A DNA stretch of 62,894 bases, the filler included. It is 9 parts of 9 records of this genome, joined end to end, with 100 filler letters (N's around TTAATTAATTAA, not from the genome) between each part and the next. Parts side by side here need not be neighbours in the genome. Positions count along the whole stretch, not along the records: positions 1 to 7,453 come from SRR7504441_3022; positions 7,554 to 17,629 come from SRR7504441_3026; 7 more parts are not named here. One strand, given 5' to 3'. The notes beneath the pieces are model-generated. The model was not told the DNA's origin, ran no database searches, and saw nothing but the letters and a program-made list of their open reading frames with translations. The stretch's first letter is position 1; every line of letters begins with the position of its first letter. Positions 1 through 11,930 of this stretch are shown piece by piece. The translations under genes and the position numbers were made by a program.

Positions 1-223
1 ACTAAGTTAGAATCCAATTAAACGACTTGTTCGATAGGTAGTACGCGAGTACGGAGGACTTACAATCATGTTATGGTACCAATCGAGTGATATTCTCATT
101 ATTATGTTAAAAGAGAGCTGCAGAGCACATATTGAGCGCATTACATGTATGATTATATGAGTCGCATGAGTCATGATGACAATCATACGTCGATACGAGT
201 ACCAATGACACGGAAAGAGAGCA

Positions 224-1482
224 TCACCGGTTCCCGGCGAACGCGTCCCTTAGGATCACCTGCATCATTGCACACTCACCAGTCAGACCCGGCCCAAGCG
301 CCTGCACACCTCGTACTGCTCCGGGCCGTACTCGATAGGATTAGTGTACCCTGTCGGATTCCGAGCCGCTTTCTCCGCCAGCTCACCCGCAGTGCTCTCA
401 TCCACCCCAATCTCGCCCAGAGTGGCCGGTATTTCGAGCTCGGCCAGCAGTTTGTCCAGCCAGTCGAGCAGCGCCTCGAACCCAGGCTGCGCCAGCCCGA
501 GCTGCGCGGCCAGTTGGCTCATCTTGGGCTCAATCGCGCTCCGGTTGGCACGGAGCACGTACGGCAGCAGCACGGCGTTGGTGAGCCCGTGCTGCGTGTC
601 GTGCACCGCACCGGTGGGCTCGGACAAGCCGTGTACCGCCCCCAAGCCCTTCTGGAACGCGACTGCTGCCATCGAGGAGGCTGCTAGCATCTCCGTCCTG
701 GCCTGCACGTCGTTCGGGTTGTTGCACGCGCGCACAAGCCACTGGTCGATCATCAGCACGCTCTGTACCGCGATTCCGTCGCACATCGGATGGTACATGT
801 CCACACAGAGCGCCTCAATCGCATGCGTGAGCGCGTCCAGGCCAGTCCAGGCGGTCAGGTGCCGCGGGAGCGACACAGTGAGCAGCGGGTCGCATAGCGC
901 GATTGGCTGGCAGTCCGGGTGCGTGACGCAGTACTTGACCCGCTCGCTGGTGTCGGTATACATCGAGGCCGCGTTCATCTCGGCCCCAGTTCCGGCCGTG
1001 GTCGGAACAGTCACAACCAACGGCATCCGTCCAGCCCCTACACAGGCCGGCTCGCGAGTCCACTCGAGCTCGGTCAGCGAGAGCCCAGTGCCGGCCACCA
1101 TCGCGATCGACTTGCCGGCGTCCAGTCCGGAACCACCCCCCAACGCCACCACCGCGTCCCGGCCGGTCTCCTGCAGCAGCTGGGCCCCGGCGTTGATGTT
1201 CAGGTCGGTCGGGTTGGCTTGGACATCCGAAAAGAGCACCGGGCCCAGCCCGGCTGCCTCCAGCTTGTCCATCAGCCCGGTCACCATCGGAGTCTCCGCC
1301 AGGCCCGCATCGGTCACCAACAGCGGTCGCGTGGCGCCGCCCGCCGAGAGTAGCTCCGGCAGCTCAGCCAGTCGACCAGGCCCAAATACAGTGCGCAGCG
1401 GGAACTCCCAATCGGCCGCGCTGCTGCTCCATCGGACCGAACCCAGCCAGGCCCTTCGCAAACCCCGGCCGGTCATCGCCAT
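224..1482 (-). CDS. Iron-containing (group III) alcohol dehydrogenase, probable mitochondrial transit peptide
   Basis: Motifs GGGSGLDAGK, VPTTAGTGAE, DALTHAIE and VHG...HG. Arg/Ser-rich N-terminus with no acidic residues. GT-AG intron 260-309 gives the true end EQYE|VILRDAFAGNR*. Confidence 0.9.
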
Positions 1483-1787
1483 TGGGCAGTTCAGTAGACT
1501 ACACAGTTACGGTGGATTCATCGCGCCTCGATAATGCCGAATTATCTAACTCAGACGCTGACTCGCAAGTTACTCACAAGTAGACTAGACTACTTCATGA
1601 CTACTTTCGCGACTTTAACTTTTTTTAAATCTTAAGGGGTTTTATTACAAAGATAAATTCCCTAGTAAGCTAACTCTACTCGGGTACTACTCGGGTACTG
1701 TTAGGGTACTGTACAGTTGTTAGCCCTCATACAATCATGTAGGGCGCAATACGAACTATTGATTGATTGAACCCAATCGATCTCATC

Positions 1788-3618
1788 TCATCCACTGGAC
1801 AACACAATTGATCGCCCCGCCATTTGGCTCCAGTTCGACTGTCATCTCTTGCTCCTACCGGTCACATCAGCCCCCTCCCCACCCGCCAACCTCTGCGGCC
1901 AGCTCGCTCCTGGCAATCATGGCCTGCCCAAGGAACTCATGCTGCCCGAACCGGCAGAAGTCCCACGCCTGATCCGGATCACTGAGCCCCTGGCTCAGCC
2001 GGCGCCTGAATCACTACGAGCTCAGCTTCCGGGTTGGCCGGATGGATGAGCGTCTCGTTCCAAGTCTGTCCCGCCTGGGCTCCGGCCGACCAGCCAGGCT
2101 CACTGGGTTGGTGGTCGATTTGCGGTGCGTGGACCGGATTCCATTCTGGCTGGTTTTGCCCCGGGGTCCCATATGGATCTGTTGCTCGCCCGACACCACT
2201 TGCAGCACAACGTATGGATCCTGCCGCCCGTCCGCCCCGCCCCGCCCCCCGCCCGGGCACCAGCCACTGGTCGCGCCACCGATCCTTCCGCTCGTCTGGC
2301 CCGAGGTCCCGTCCTGCCTTCCCTCCCCCCCCCCGCCAACCCTCCCGCCACCGGACACAAGCTCCATCCGGACCAGCTCCGGGCCCGAGGAGGTGGGGCT
2401 GCCCGGCTCGAGCTGTCCGTTGCTCTCGCGCAGCTGCCGCTCGAGTGAGTCAGCCCTCTCCGAGGCCCGCCGCTCGGCCTGCCCTCAAACGTCACTCGCG
2501 CACGCGGCAGCCAGATACGTGCTCTGCAGCAGCCAGTGCCTTGACTGCCGCGGCCAGCTCGGTTGTGGGCCCCTTCTCGTCGCGCCCTGCTGCGAGCCCG
2601 ACCTGCCGCTGATCAGAGGCCGCCCCAGGCTGGCTGTGCCTGCTGCCCCAGCAGCTCGGTTTGGACCAACTCCAGCTTGGCCTCGGCCGCCGCCAGCTCC
2701 AGCTCGAGCCGCCTGGCCTGCTCCTCCACTCGCTCCCGCTCTCTCTGCTCCGCATCCAACAGCTGCTCCAGTTGGGCCACCCTCGCCTCGGCCTCCGCAG
2801 CCTGGGCACGGCTCACCTCATCAGCTAGCAACCCCGGCACCCGCGCTTCGGCGGACTCGGCCCGGGCGGTGCTCGGGTTGGGCTTCCGGTGGAAGGCGAG
2901 CCCCTGGTGCCGGTCCACCTTCTCTGGGCTCTTGGCCTCATACAGTCCAGTGGCCAGCATCTCTTGTTCTACCCGCTCGATGTTGCCATCGTCGCAGAAA
3001 AACTTTTGGTGATTGTATCTGCCCGGCCTCCGCCCCCGGCCCGACACTGACTGACCCGAGGATGGCCCCCACCGCCTCCGCCTGTGCAGCCACCGCGGCT
3101 GATCGCTGGACCAGCGGCACATCCGGACCGACCCAGTCCACCCTGCCCCGGCTAACTGCCGCCCACACCCGTCCGCACCGGGCAATCTGCACGCCCGTGC
3201 TGGCCCGCAGCACCCCGTGCGCCATCTCGGCCGGCCGGGCCGCCAGCGCCGCGCACAGCTCGCTCACGCTTCCCTGGCCGACCTGCCCTGCCCGTTGGCT
3301 GTGGCAGCGGCCGCGGTCACCTCAAGCAACTCGAGCCGGATCGGCGGGTCGGGCGAGTAGCCAACCATCGCCCAGCGGCAAGCGCTGCTCTTGTCCCGAA
3401 CCGCTGGCCTGGCATCGGCCCGGTGGCTGGAGGGGCGCACAGTGCACTGCGTTGGCGATGGCGTCAGCTGGGCCGTCCCCGTCGGGTGGGGCCAGGCCGG
3501 GACCGTAGAGCGAGCGGCTGATGCTCTGTATGTCCTCCAGCAGGTGGGGCTCCAGCTGCACCCCGGCTCAGCACACCACCGGTTGAAGCTTTGCCGGGAC
3601 TGATCTAGCCTGAGCCAT
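1788..3618 (-). CDS. Multi-exon coiled-coil protein with C-terminal C2 domain
   Basis: Spliced C-terminus reads DPYVVLQ...KSTTNP|TWNETL...VVIQ|AWDFCRFGQHEFLGQA, a C2 pattern. E/Q/A heptads at 2650-2830. The 5' exon structure is tentative. Confidence 0.65.
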
Positions 3619-3695
3619 TGCCGTTTTTCTCCTCGTCGGTCACGGGTGCTCGAGGCGCTGGTACCTTGGGTACACCAGCGAGTTCAAGCAGAAGC

Positions 3696-4720
3696 ATGAA
3701 GCGGGCGGTGCCGGCGGACGGCCAGGACAACGAGCAGAAGGCCAAGCGGTCCAAGCAGGCTGGTGACCCGGTGCTGCGCACGGAGGGGGTCGGACGGAAG
3801 GTCTGGCTGGCCAAGGTGGCACTTGCGGGAGCCGGGCTGAGCTGTCGGGCAGCTGCCTGAAGCGGCCTGGAACCAAGTGGAGGCCGCCATGCAGAAGCTG
3901 CCGGCCAATACAGAGCTGGCCTCCCAGGCGGGCCAGGGGGAGATAGGCAAGTTGAAGATATTCGAAACGGCCAATGGGCCGGCGGAGGTGCGGGCGGCAG
4001 GCCGGCAGGGCGGGTGACGGTTGGCGCAGCTCGAGATGACCCTGCCGAGCACCACGGAGGGCGGGGAGCCGGTAAAGTACACGGCGCGTGTAACGGACCG
4101 GTGCCCGCCAATAGTGGCGATAGAGCTGAGTGAAGGTGGGTGGCCATGCTGAGGCCGGTGGGAGCCGGGGCAGGCCCAGGCGGCGAGTTGCTTGCGGCCA
4201 GCCTGGAGGGCAGCATCGACCGTTCGGCTAACTTCAGGCCGATGGTGCGCAGCAAGATGCCCGTCAAGGAGCAGGCACCTGCGCAAGCCTGTCCTGTCAG
4301 GCTGAGCAGCTGGTGCAGAGGCGATGCGTGATGGCTGCAGATGAGAAACCAATCATCCTCCCTCAGAGCTTCAAAATGGCCAAGATGGGAGAGAAGCCAG
4401 CTCGCGAGGAGAAGAATATTCGACTGGACAGACCACAGGTGCCAGGGCGGCCAGCCGCTGCTGGATAAGCCTGGCTGCAGCTGGAGGAGATCTTGTTTGG
4501 GGCTTTCGAGGAGAAGCCCAACTGGAAGCTGGAAGACCTGCGGGTGCACACCAAGCAGCCGATGGTGCGTGGGGACGGTCTAGTGTGGCGCGAGGGGCGG
4601 GGACAGGAATGGCTGCGGCAAGTGGCTAACACGCTGTGTGTTCATATAAAAAAAGGACCAAACAAGCACACGGTGCAGCTCAAGGAGGAACACGGCGGGG
4701 CAAAGCTCGAGGACGATTGA
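3696..4720 (+). CDS. GTF2F2: Transcription initiation factor IIF beta subunit (RAP30/Tfg2)
   Basis: Spliced: KVWLAK|LP at the N-terminus, and a winged helix LEEILFGAFEEKPNWKLEDLRVHTKQPM|EWLRQVANTLCVHIKKGPNKHTVQLKEEH. About six introns of ~37-44 nt. Confidence 0.85.
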
Positions 4721-4982
4721 GCATGGCTAGCTAGCGCTGGATGCTAGGTTGGGCGGTTGGAGTGAAAGACAGGGGAAAGCCCCGGTGAACTCCCAATACA
4801 CTATACACGTACTCGTACTCACAATCATACTCGTACTCGTACAAGACTTGGTATTAATTTTCATTAGCTTATTGACTCGGATAATTATCTAGATCTGGAG
4901 GAGCGAGCTCTATAAAGTCCTTTGCCGACTCTCTATGTAAGTTCTCGCATGTCGATATACGATTATTACCTGCTCTCGCTCC

Positions 4983-7309
4983 TCACGCCCCGCTGCCTTT
5001 CTTGATTTTGTCCATCAGCTCAGAGCACTCCTTCTCGCCTGCCCCGCCAGCCTGAGCCTATCCCGATGATATCAACTGAGTTGCCTTTGAGACGCAGCAG
5101 GTATTTGCACATCTCGTCATCCGCCGCCCCGGGCAGGATGGCAGTGAGCGTCTTGCCTGCCTGCTTCATCATCCCGGCCACTGAGACCGACAGCTTGCAG
5201 TTCAGCCCAGCGCTCTCGCCTTGCTGGCCAAGCACCTGCAGCCGCTCACTCACCTCTGCCCAATTGATTAATCTGTGTGCAGACCTTGAACGGTGCCTGC
5301 GAGTGCTTAACTACCAGTGAACTGTACCCAGCCTCGGTGTTGCTGATCACCCTGACAGCACAGTCAGCTGGCAGTCCCCCTGCGGCCACAAACCGAGCCA
5401 CGTGTATTCCACGCTCGCTCCACTTCTTAGCTTCGGTGTCCCAAACGAAAGCCTGTGCGCTGCTGTCAGCCCAGTCCAGGAGAGGCCAGTGCCTTGCATC
5501 GGCTTTCCAACTCCACTTTCTCATTGTCGTTCAACGCCACCTGGCGCGGAAGTCACGCGCTCTGCAGTCGGCTGGTTGACACCTCCACAGGGCCTGCAGG
5601 CTCCTCCTCGCCCTCATTTACGATCACGGCGTCCTCGTCATTGTCATCTGCACACACAGTCGGCCACTGAGACAAAGCTCAATCCACCGTTCTTTGCTGC
5701 AGGCGCGGGCGCGCCAAACAAACCGCCCGCTGGCTTGGCGCCGAACAGGGGCGCTGCCGGGCCTTCTCCTGCCCCCCAAGCTCCTTCTGGCCACTCCAGG
5801 GCGGCACCAGCACTGGCGACACCAAACAGACCGCCACTGGGCTTGCCGGCACCAAACAGCCCACCAGAGCTCCCAGCCGTCTGGCCGAAGAGTGGCGCAT
5901 CGCTGCTCGCGCCGGCGCCGAACAGCGGTACCTGCCCACTCAGCTGAGTGCAGGAGGGCCAGGCAGCAGCACCGCGGGCGTAGCGTCTTTGTCCTCGTCA
6001 GCAACCTTAGCAGCTGGCGTGCCACCAAACAGGGGCTTGGTAGCCGGGGCGTCTAGCCAACTGGTAAATGGCCAGGCTCGAGGCGGGGTTACCCGCTGCA
6101 GGCTTGCTGCCCCCGAACAGTGGCACTGGAGCCTCTGAGGGCGCTGGAGCTGCACAGGGAGGTCAGTGCGACACGCTGCATTTGTGCCACCAGGAGCAGG
6201 TTTGGCTGTAGGCTGCGAGGCTGCTTGCTGGTCGTCGAGCTTGCCTGCAGAGGGATTGAGAGCAGGCCCTAATTGCCGGGTGCCTGAGGCAATGTCCTGA
6301 GCGTGCCTCAGGTAATTCCGGCAGCTGCCACACTGTCAGGCCGAGCAACCTTCGAGCAGCTACCCCTCGCTGAAGTCGCAGGTGGGCGAACTCTTGATGT
6401 GCCGGGCTAGCCAGGTCTGCCGGCCCAGATCATCCTGCCCGGCTGCGGCTGCAGCACACCTGGAACTGTTCATTCAGTCCAGCCATATGCCCCTGCGGCC
6501 GGCTCAGCCCCACAGCACCGCCCAGGCTTCACCATCCGGGCGGCCATCACGTCGTCGCTGGCACCCGTCGCTGCGTTGGGTGAGACCCCAAACGATAGTT
6601 TGCCGCCCTGTGAGTTGCACCTGTTAGTTGAGATTCGCTGCCGCCGCACCGCTATGTTGTCGATCCGGGATTGAGTGCTTGCAGCGCCACCCGAGCCACT
6701 CTGCCGACCCAGTCAGTGCTGTCGCATCTGCAGCGGTGCGGGCCATCTCAGTCACCGAGATGCCCACAATCCCCGAGAAGGCCGCCTGCCGAAACGTGAG
6801 CACAGGCAGACCCAGCGCGCGCACCGGCGTCTCGGCGACCACGGCCGGCTTGGACTCCGCCAGCGGGGCTGGGGTGGCCGCCGCAGGCTTCTTGTCGAAC
6901 AGCACAGAAGTCTGCATCGGGCTGGCGGCCGGCTTGCTGTTGCCTCCAGTAGCCCCGAATGCGGCGAACGGGCTGGCGGCTGGCTTGGCGGAAGCTGGAG
7001 TCGCCCCGAAGGCTGCGAATGGGCTGGCCGCTGGCAGAGCTGCCGGAGCTGCCGCTGGGGTCTTCCGCCGGGCGCTCAGGATGGTTCGCTTCTTAAGCAC
7101 AGCCTGGTCGGCGACTTGAATCCCGTGACCTGGCTCGGGTTAGCATGCTCAGACTGTGGGCGTACCTGAGGCCACGCGCTTGCCGTAGCGGGACTCGTCG
7201 TCGTCGTCGTCGCCGTCCGACACCTCCTCCTTCCGGTCGGCCCACCCCGAATCCTTGGCCCGCTGCCCCCGCGGTATAAGCCGGCTCTCCTCGGCTCGGG
7301 CACCTTCAT
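4983..7309 (-). CDS. NUP50: Nup50/Nup2-like nucleoporin (importin-alpha-binding N-terminus, FG repeats, Ran-binding domain)
   Basis: Spliced start MK|RAKDSGWADRKEE...IQVADQAVLKKRTILSARRK. SPFAAFG and LFG repeats. C-terminal FVWDTEAKKWSERG...YLLRLK|GEKECSELMDKIK is RanBD-like. Confidence 0.8.
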
Positions 7310-7453
7310 TCTCGAACTGTTGTTGTTGTTGCGCTGTTCATGAGCATGATCAGCTTCGAATTCATTCGCGAGCAGTCGCCGCGAGTCGACGGAGTTCTAC
7401 GATACTGACTGTACAATCATCTGGCAAGCCTGTCTTCTTCATGATGATGACTT

Positions 7454-7553
7454 NNNNNNNNNNNNNNNNNNNNNNNNNNNNNNNNNNNNNNNNNNNNTTA
7501 ATTAATTAANNNNNNNNNNNNNNNNNNNNNNNNNNNNNNNNNNNNNNNNNNNN
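7454..7553. other. Artificial contig linker
   Basis: N-run + TTAATTAATTAA (stops in all six frames) + N-run, 100 nt. Confidence 0.98.
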
Positions 7554-7879
7554 TAGTGGTGGTCAAGCTAGCGTGGGTGCTACTGTTCGCCCCTAGCGCC
7601 CTCGAGTGTAAGTGTGTGCGTGTCATTTGGAGTTTTGTGGCGAATTCGATCGATAGGATCAAACAACTAGTGCGCAGAGCTCCAGGCACGCGCGAGGCAG
7701 ACTATCATGTAATACAGCTTGAGCCTACCTAATCCTAACCTAGTCCCGGACGCGGTATTGATCGATTTATGAGGTGATGAATCGATGAATCAACGAGCTC
7801 ATCAAGTACAGCTCAACTGCTCAACAAGGCGACGGCTGCAGCTCTCATCTCTCATCACTCGCATCTGGGCGGGAAATCG

Positions 7880-9693
7880 ATGGAGGGCGTACCCGAGTCA
7901 TTGCGGGCGGAGGCAGCAGGGCTCTGGCAGCAGCTCGCGGCCGACCCAGCGGCTGGCCTGCTGGACCAGCTGGCCAGCACTACCCCCGGCGGCCCGGTGA
8001 CCTCCAAGCTGAGCTGCAGCCCGCTGTCCGGGGTCTGGCTGGTCCATTGCCTGTGGGCCGGGCCAGCTAACCAGGCCGAAGCCCAGCTCAGCCAACTGCC
8101 CGACCTGATGCCGCTCGGGCTCGAGTCTCCCAGGCAGTTCTGGCTGCATGCTCATCCGGGCGCCCGGCCGGCCGACGGGGACACGCTCTGGTACCTGGTG
8201 CCGCCGGTGGCCCGGTTCAGACACAGCGAGGCCGCCAATATGCAGATGGCGGTCTGCGAGCGGGCTGGGGGGGAGGCGGTGGCGGCATGCTGGCCGATCC
8301 AGCCGATCGAGCCTGGGGAGGAGCTGACGATCGACTGGGTCCAGCCGCGTGGCCCGGACAGCCGGGCTATGCTGCTGGCAGCGAGGGCGGCCGCGCCCGA
8401 GCTCTGGGCTTGCGAGGCCGAGCGGGAGGCCGTGTCGGCGCGCCTGGCTCAATTGCTCGCCGAGCGTAGCGCGCCGCGGGCGGAGCGGTCGCCTGCCAAC
8501 CATAAACAAGTGTTTATGGCCTGGCTTGCACAGCAGGGTTGTGCTGCTGCACCGCCAGCCCCGCCGCCGGAGCTGCTCAGAGTTTTCTGCGACAACCCGC
8601 ATGCGCTGAGGACGCTCTCATCTCCGCGGTTTGTGCTGGTGCGGCTGGGGTTGGCTGGGCTGACGGCGTGCGAGGTGGATGAGCCGGAGCAGGCTGACGT
8701 CTGGTTCCTCGGAGAGCACATACAACAGCTGGCGGCCGGTTTGCCAGATGGGCTGCAAGTGAACCAGATCCCGAATGAAAGTTGCCTGACCAGCAAGGTC
8801 TGCCCCCCGCTGCCACTGGCGAGCCAGGCATAGGCACTCCTGGTCCAGACAGTAGGCCGGCACTGTGGTCAGCCGGACTGGATGCCGCGCTCCTGGTGCC
8901 TGCCTGCGCAGCTCAAGCGGTCACAGCTGCCTCCCGGCTCCCAGTTAGCCAGGGCAGGTGGCTGCAGCACGCCACCAGCTCGGGCGCGGTCTGGATCTCC
9001 AAGCCCGACCTGCTCTCACGTTCGCGAGACATCGTGATTAGCGGCGATATTGGCTGCGTGCTCCGGTCTCTCGAGATGGGCGAGCGGGTGGTCAGCGAGT
9101 ATGTCCTTTCACCGGTGGAGACCGCCTGTGTTGGGTCGACGCTGCTGGGCGGCAGGTGCTCACGCCCCAAGGGCACAAGTTTGACCTGAGGTTTTACGTC
9201 GGGTTCCTCGGGGCGACCCGGGCAATCCGATATGACCGGTTCATCGCTCGGGTGTGGCAGCGGCGACCAGGCGTGAGCTGTCTGGCAGGTGGCCGACCAG
9301 CCTTACGAGCCTCAGGAGCTCGTGCAAGTCACTACCCAGCACCTTACTGTGGGCTGCTACCACGGCTGCGGCTCGGTGGTGGGAGACAGCGAGCTTGAGA
9401 CCATGCTCGAACAAGCCTGTGGCGTGTCGGTTGAGGAGCTGCTGGGACGGGTCGACAGCATGCTAAAAGAGGTCTTCACCGCCGCCACCAAGGAGATCGG
9501 GGGCGGTTGGCCACAATGCCACGCGTTGTACGGGGTCGATGTCATTCTAGCTGGGCGAGGTGAGCCCATGTTGATAGAGGTCAACTACAGCCCAGATGCG
9601 GGCGAGATCATCAAGCACTCGCCGGAGTTTTATAACCACGTGTTCGAGGCTCTGTTTTGTGGGTCAACCGACCATTTCGTAACCATCTTGTGA
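7880..9693 (+). CDS. TTLL12: Tubulin-tyrosine-ligase-like 12 (SET-like + TTL domain)
   Basis: SET-like FRHSEAAN...PIEPGEELTIDW. TTL motifs VNQIPNESCLTSK, WISKP, HKFDLRFYV, LYGVDVIL and LIEVNYSPD across several short introns. Confidence 0.85.
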
Positions 9694-9746
9694 TATTAGA
9701 TTATCGTGACCAACTACATGTGAAAATACTACGACGTAATTACTAC

Positions 9747-11852
9747 GTGCATCGTCGATGCTCGTAATGCCAGGCTTCTGCCTCTGATCCGAACTCGATA
9801 CTATACCTGTAGCGCATGCAACGGACAAATCCGGATGATGGACATCAGTGACGGATACCGCCTCAAGGCTGCACTGGGGTTGATCAGCACATGCTGGGCT
9901 GCGCTTCTGAGCACGAGGAGGGACCGACCGCACCGACACCCGCAGCGGATGAAGGGTGCGCGCCTGCTGAGGCTGCTGCAGCTGACTATTCAGAGCTGAA
10001 GCACCGCAAGTCCCAGCTTCTGGACGAGGCAGAGGCACTGAAAGGCCGGCTTTTGGCCGCTGAGCGGCTGCCGCTGGCCGCTGGCGAGCATGACCCATGG
10101 CTCCTGGAGGAGCCCATGGCGCATCGCCTCGCGGAGATCGAGGACGCGATTAAGGACCTCGACGCGAAGGTTCCTGACGAACGCGAAGGTTCCTGGCCAC
10201 TATCTGACGACCGTCAGGACCAGCCTCCAGGCTGGCTCGGGTCAGTCGAAGGGGTTATAAATGAGTTGAACACGCCAATGGGCTATGGAAGCATCTTGCT
10301 CTCTGAGTCACAGAGGTGCATCCATTTCCGGTACTCAGATGTCAAATTCCCAGGCAGTGGTTCCGACACCCCATCAGTGCCGGTGAAGGCTGTACAATCA
10401 GGGCTTCGCTGCCTCGGCGAAGGCTGTGCCGGTGAAGGCACTGCTATGAGTGTTGGAACCATCGCGAGCATTATGGTTGAACTGTCACTCTCTGCAGAAA
10501 ACACAAGGGATGCATTTGTGGAATCACTAATCACAGATAATCAAATCTATGGAGATAAGAAACAAATGCATCCCGCAATATCAATTGGAGCATGCGTCAG
10601 AGTACATCTCGATAAGCTCATGCCAAACACAGCCACTTGTGTATACCTGACCGGTCACAAAGTTGCTATTTGCAGGCCGATGCTCAGTGGATATGTTCAA
10701 TACGTAAACCCTCATGGGTATTATGGATTCATTGTGTGTGACGACCGTCCATATTCCTTGCACTGCACCGGAAACAACCTTCATCATCCGTACGAGCGTG
10801 AATACGCTTCACCTGTTCGGTTCACACTGGGCATGGGCAGAAAAGGTGAAGAGGCTTTTGAAGTCCATGGAGTTGACCATGAAGACACTTCCACCAACTG
10901 TGGTGTTTTTCGGCACAGGCCGTGCTCTCATGCAGACCGTTATATTATTCTCACCACCCTCAAATTGCACTCCATTGGCAGCCCGATTAAGTTTGGAGAC
11001 CCGCCTCCTGCACTACCCATGCCAGATGACATCGCTATACGTACTATCGCCCAAGCGTGTCCAACTAGCGACTTCACGGCTGTTGTAAGGCAAGTGAGTA
11101 AATCCTGGTTAATGGCCAGCAGTACTGCACTTTTCTGGCAGATCGCCGTAAACAGCTGTTTCAGGACACAGCTGGTTCAGGCAACACGAAATGTCAGGGC
11201 AAAGCTGGGTGTGAAGCTGAGCCCAATGCTGGCCACCAAGGTTAGCTCTGAGTTGGCACCAATGGTTGGCCTGGCTCTCGCCCACATACTCGCAACGTCA
11301 GACTTTGCTGGTTTGACACGGCAGGACAAGATAAACATCCGCGACAAGATAAAGGCTGAACTAGTGTGTAAACTTCTATTTCGGGCTCATCTCTTTGATC
11401 GGGAACACCACGACGAAAAGTTACCATTCTCAGTCATGGCACTTATGACCATTTACCGCCTTCTTCTCTCTTCTCGGTCTCCGGAGAGCATCTTGGATCG
11501 GAGCGCATTAGCAAGCTGCTGGCGAACTTCGCTTTGTGAGTTCACGAGGCTTTGCAGAGATTCATCGAGATGGCGCAACTATTACGATTTTGAGCAGATG
11601 TATCGCAAATACCACGCCAACGTGCGGCAGATGCAGCAGATGTCGAAGCAAGCGAAAAGGAGCTACTAATGGTAAAGAAGTTCATGATCGACGAATGCTG
11701 TTGCAAGATTTCTCATTTATTTCTAAATATTGGATAGAGGTGCATCGTAATTCCGATCGTAATGCCAGGCTTGCTCGTAATGCCGTATGCCTACCTTAGT
11801 AGTACATGTACCGTAGCTACGTACGTAATCACGTGCAACGCATGCCAGGCTT
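9747..11852 (+). repeat. Imperfect direct repeats flanking the 592-aa gene
   Basis: TCGTAATGCCAGGCTT is exact at 9762-9777 and 11757-11772, each preceded by GTGCATCGT. A third partial copy lies at 11823-11852. Confidence 0.8.
9891..11669 (+). CDS. Apparently intronless 592-aa protein with cold-shock (OB) domain and internal F-box-like motif
   Basis: CSD-like SGYVQYVNPHGYYGFIVCDD...VRFTLGMGRKGEEAFEV. F-box-like LPMPDDIAIRTIAQ...VRQVSKSW...LFWQ. Confidence 0.55.
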   Translation: MLGCASEHEEGPTAPTPAADEGCAPAEAAAADYSELKHRKSQLLDEAEALKGRLLAAERLPLAAGEHDPWLLEEPMAHRLAEIEDAIKDLDAKVPDEREGSWPLSDDRQDQPPGWLGSVEGVINELNTPMGYGSILLSESQRCIHFRYSDVKFPGSGSDTPSVPVKAVQSGLRCLGEGCAGEGTAMSVGTIASIMVELSLSAENTRDAFVESLITDNQIYGDKKQMHPAISIGACVRVHLDKLMPNTATCVYLTGHKVAICRPMLSGYVQYVNPHGYYGFIVCDDRPYSLHCTGNNLHHPYEREYASPVRFTLGMGRKGEEAFEVHGVDHEDTSTNCGVFRHRPCSHADRYIILTTLKLHSIGSPIKFGDPPPALPMPDDIAIRTIAQACPTSDFTAVVRQVSKSWLMASSTALFWQIAVNSCFRTQLVQATRNVRAKLGVKLSPMLATKVSSELAPMVGLALAHILATSDFAGLTRQDKINIRDKIKAELVCKLLFRAHLFDREHHDEKLPFSVMALMTIYRLLLSSRSPESILDRSALASCWRTSLCEFTRLCRDSSRWRNYYDFEQMYRKYHANVRQMQQMSKQAKRSY

Positions 11853-11930
11853 GTCAACTCTGCGTTGATTGCGGCAGGGATTGCGGGCGTGTCAACTCTG
11901 TGGGTTTCACAGCGTCTCAGTGGTTTTGAA

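Noticed and set aside
344-3508. Long plus-strand ORFs (344-1534, 2042-3508) and many similar Pro/Arg/Ala/Ser-rich ORFs elsewhere
   Set aside because: Antisense or off-frame shadows of real GC-rich genes, with no recognisable motifs.
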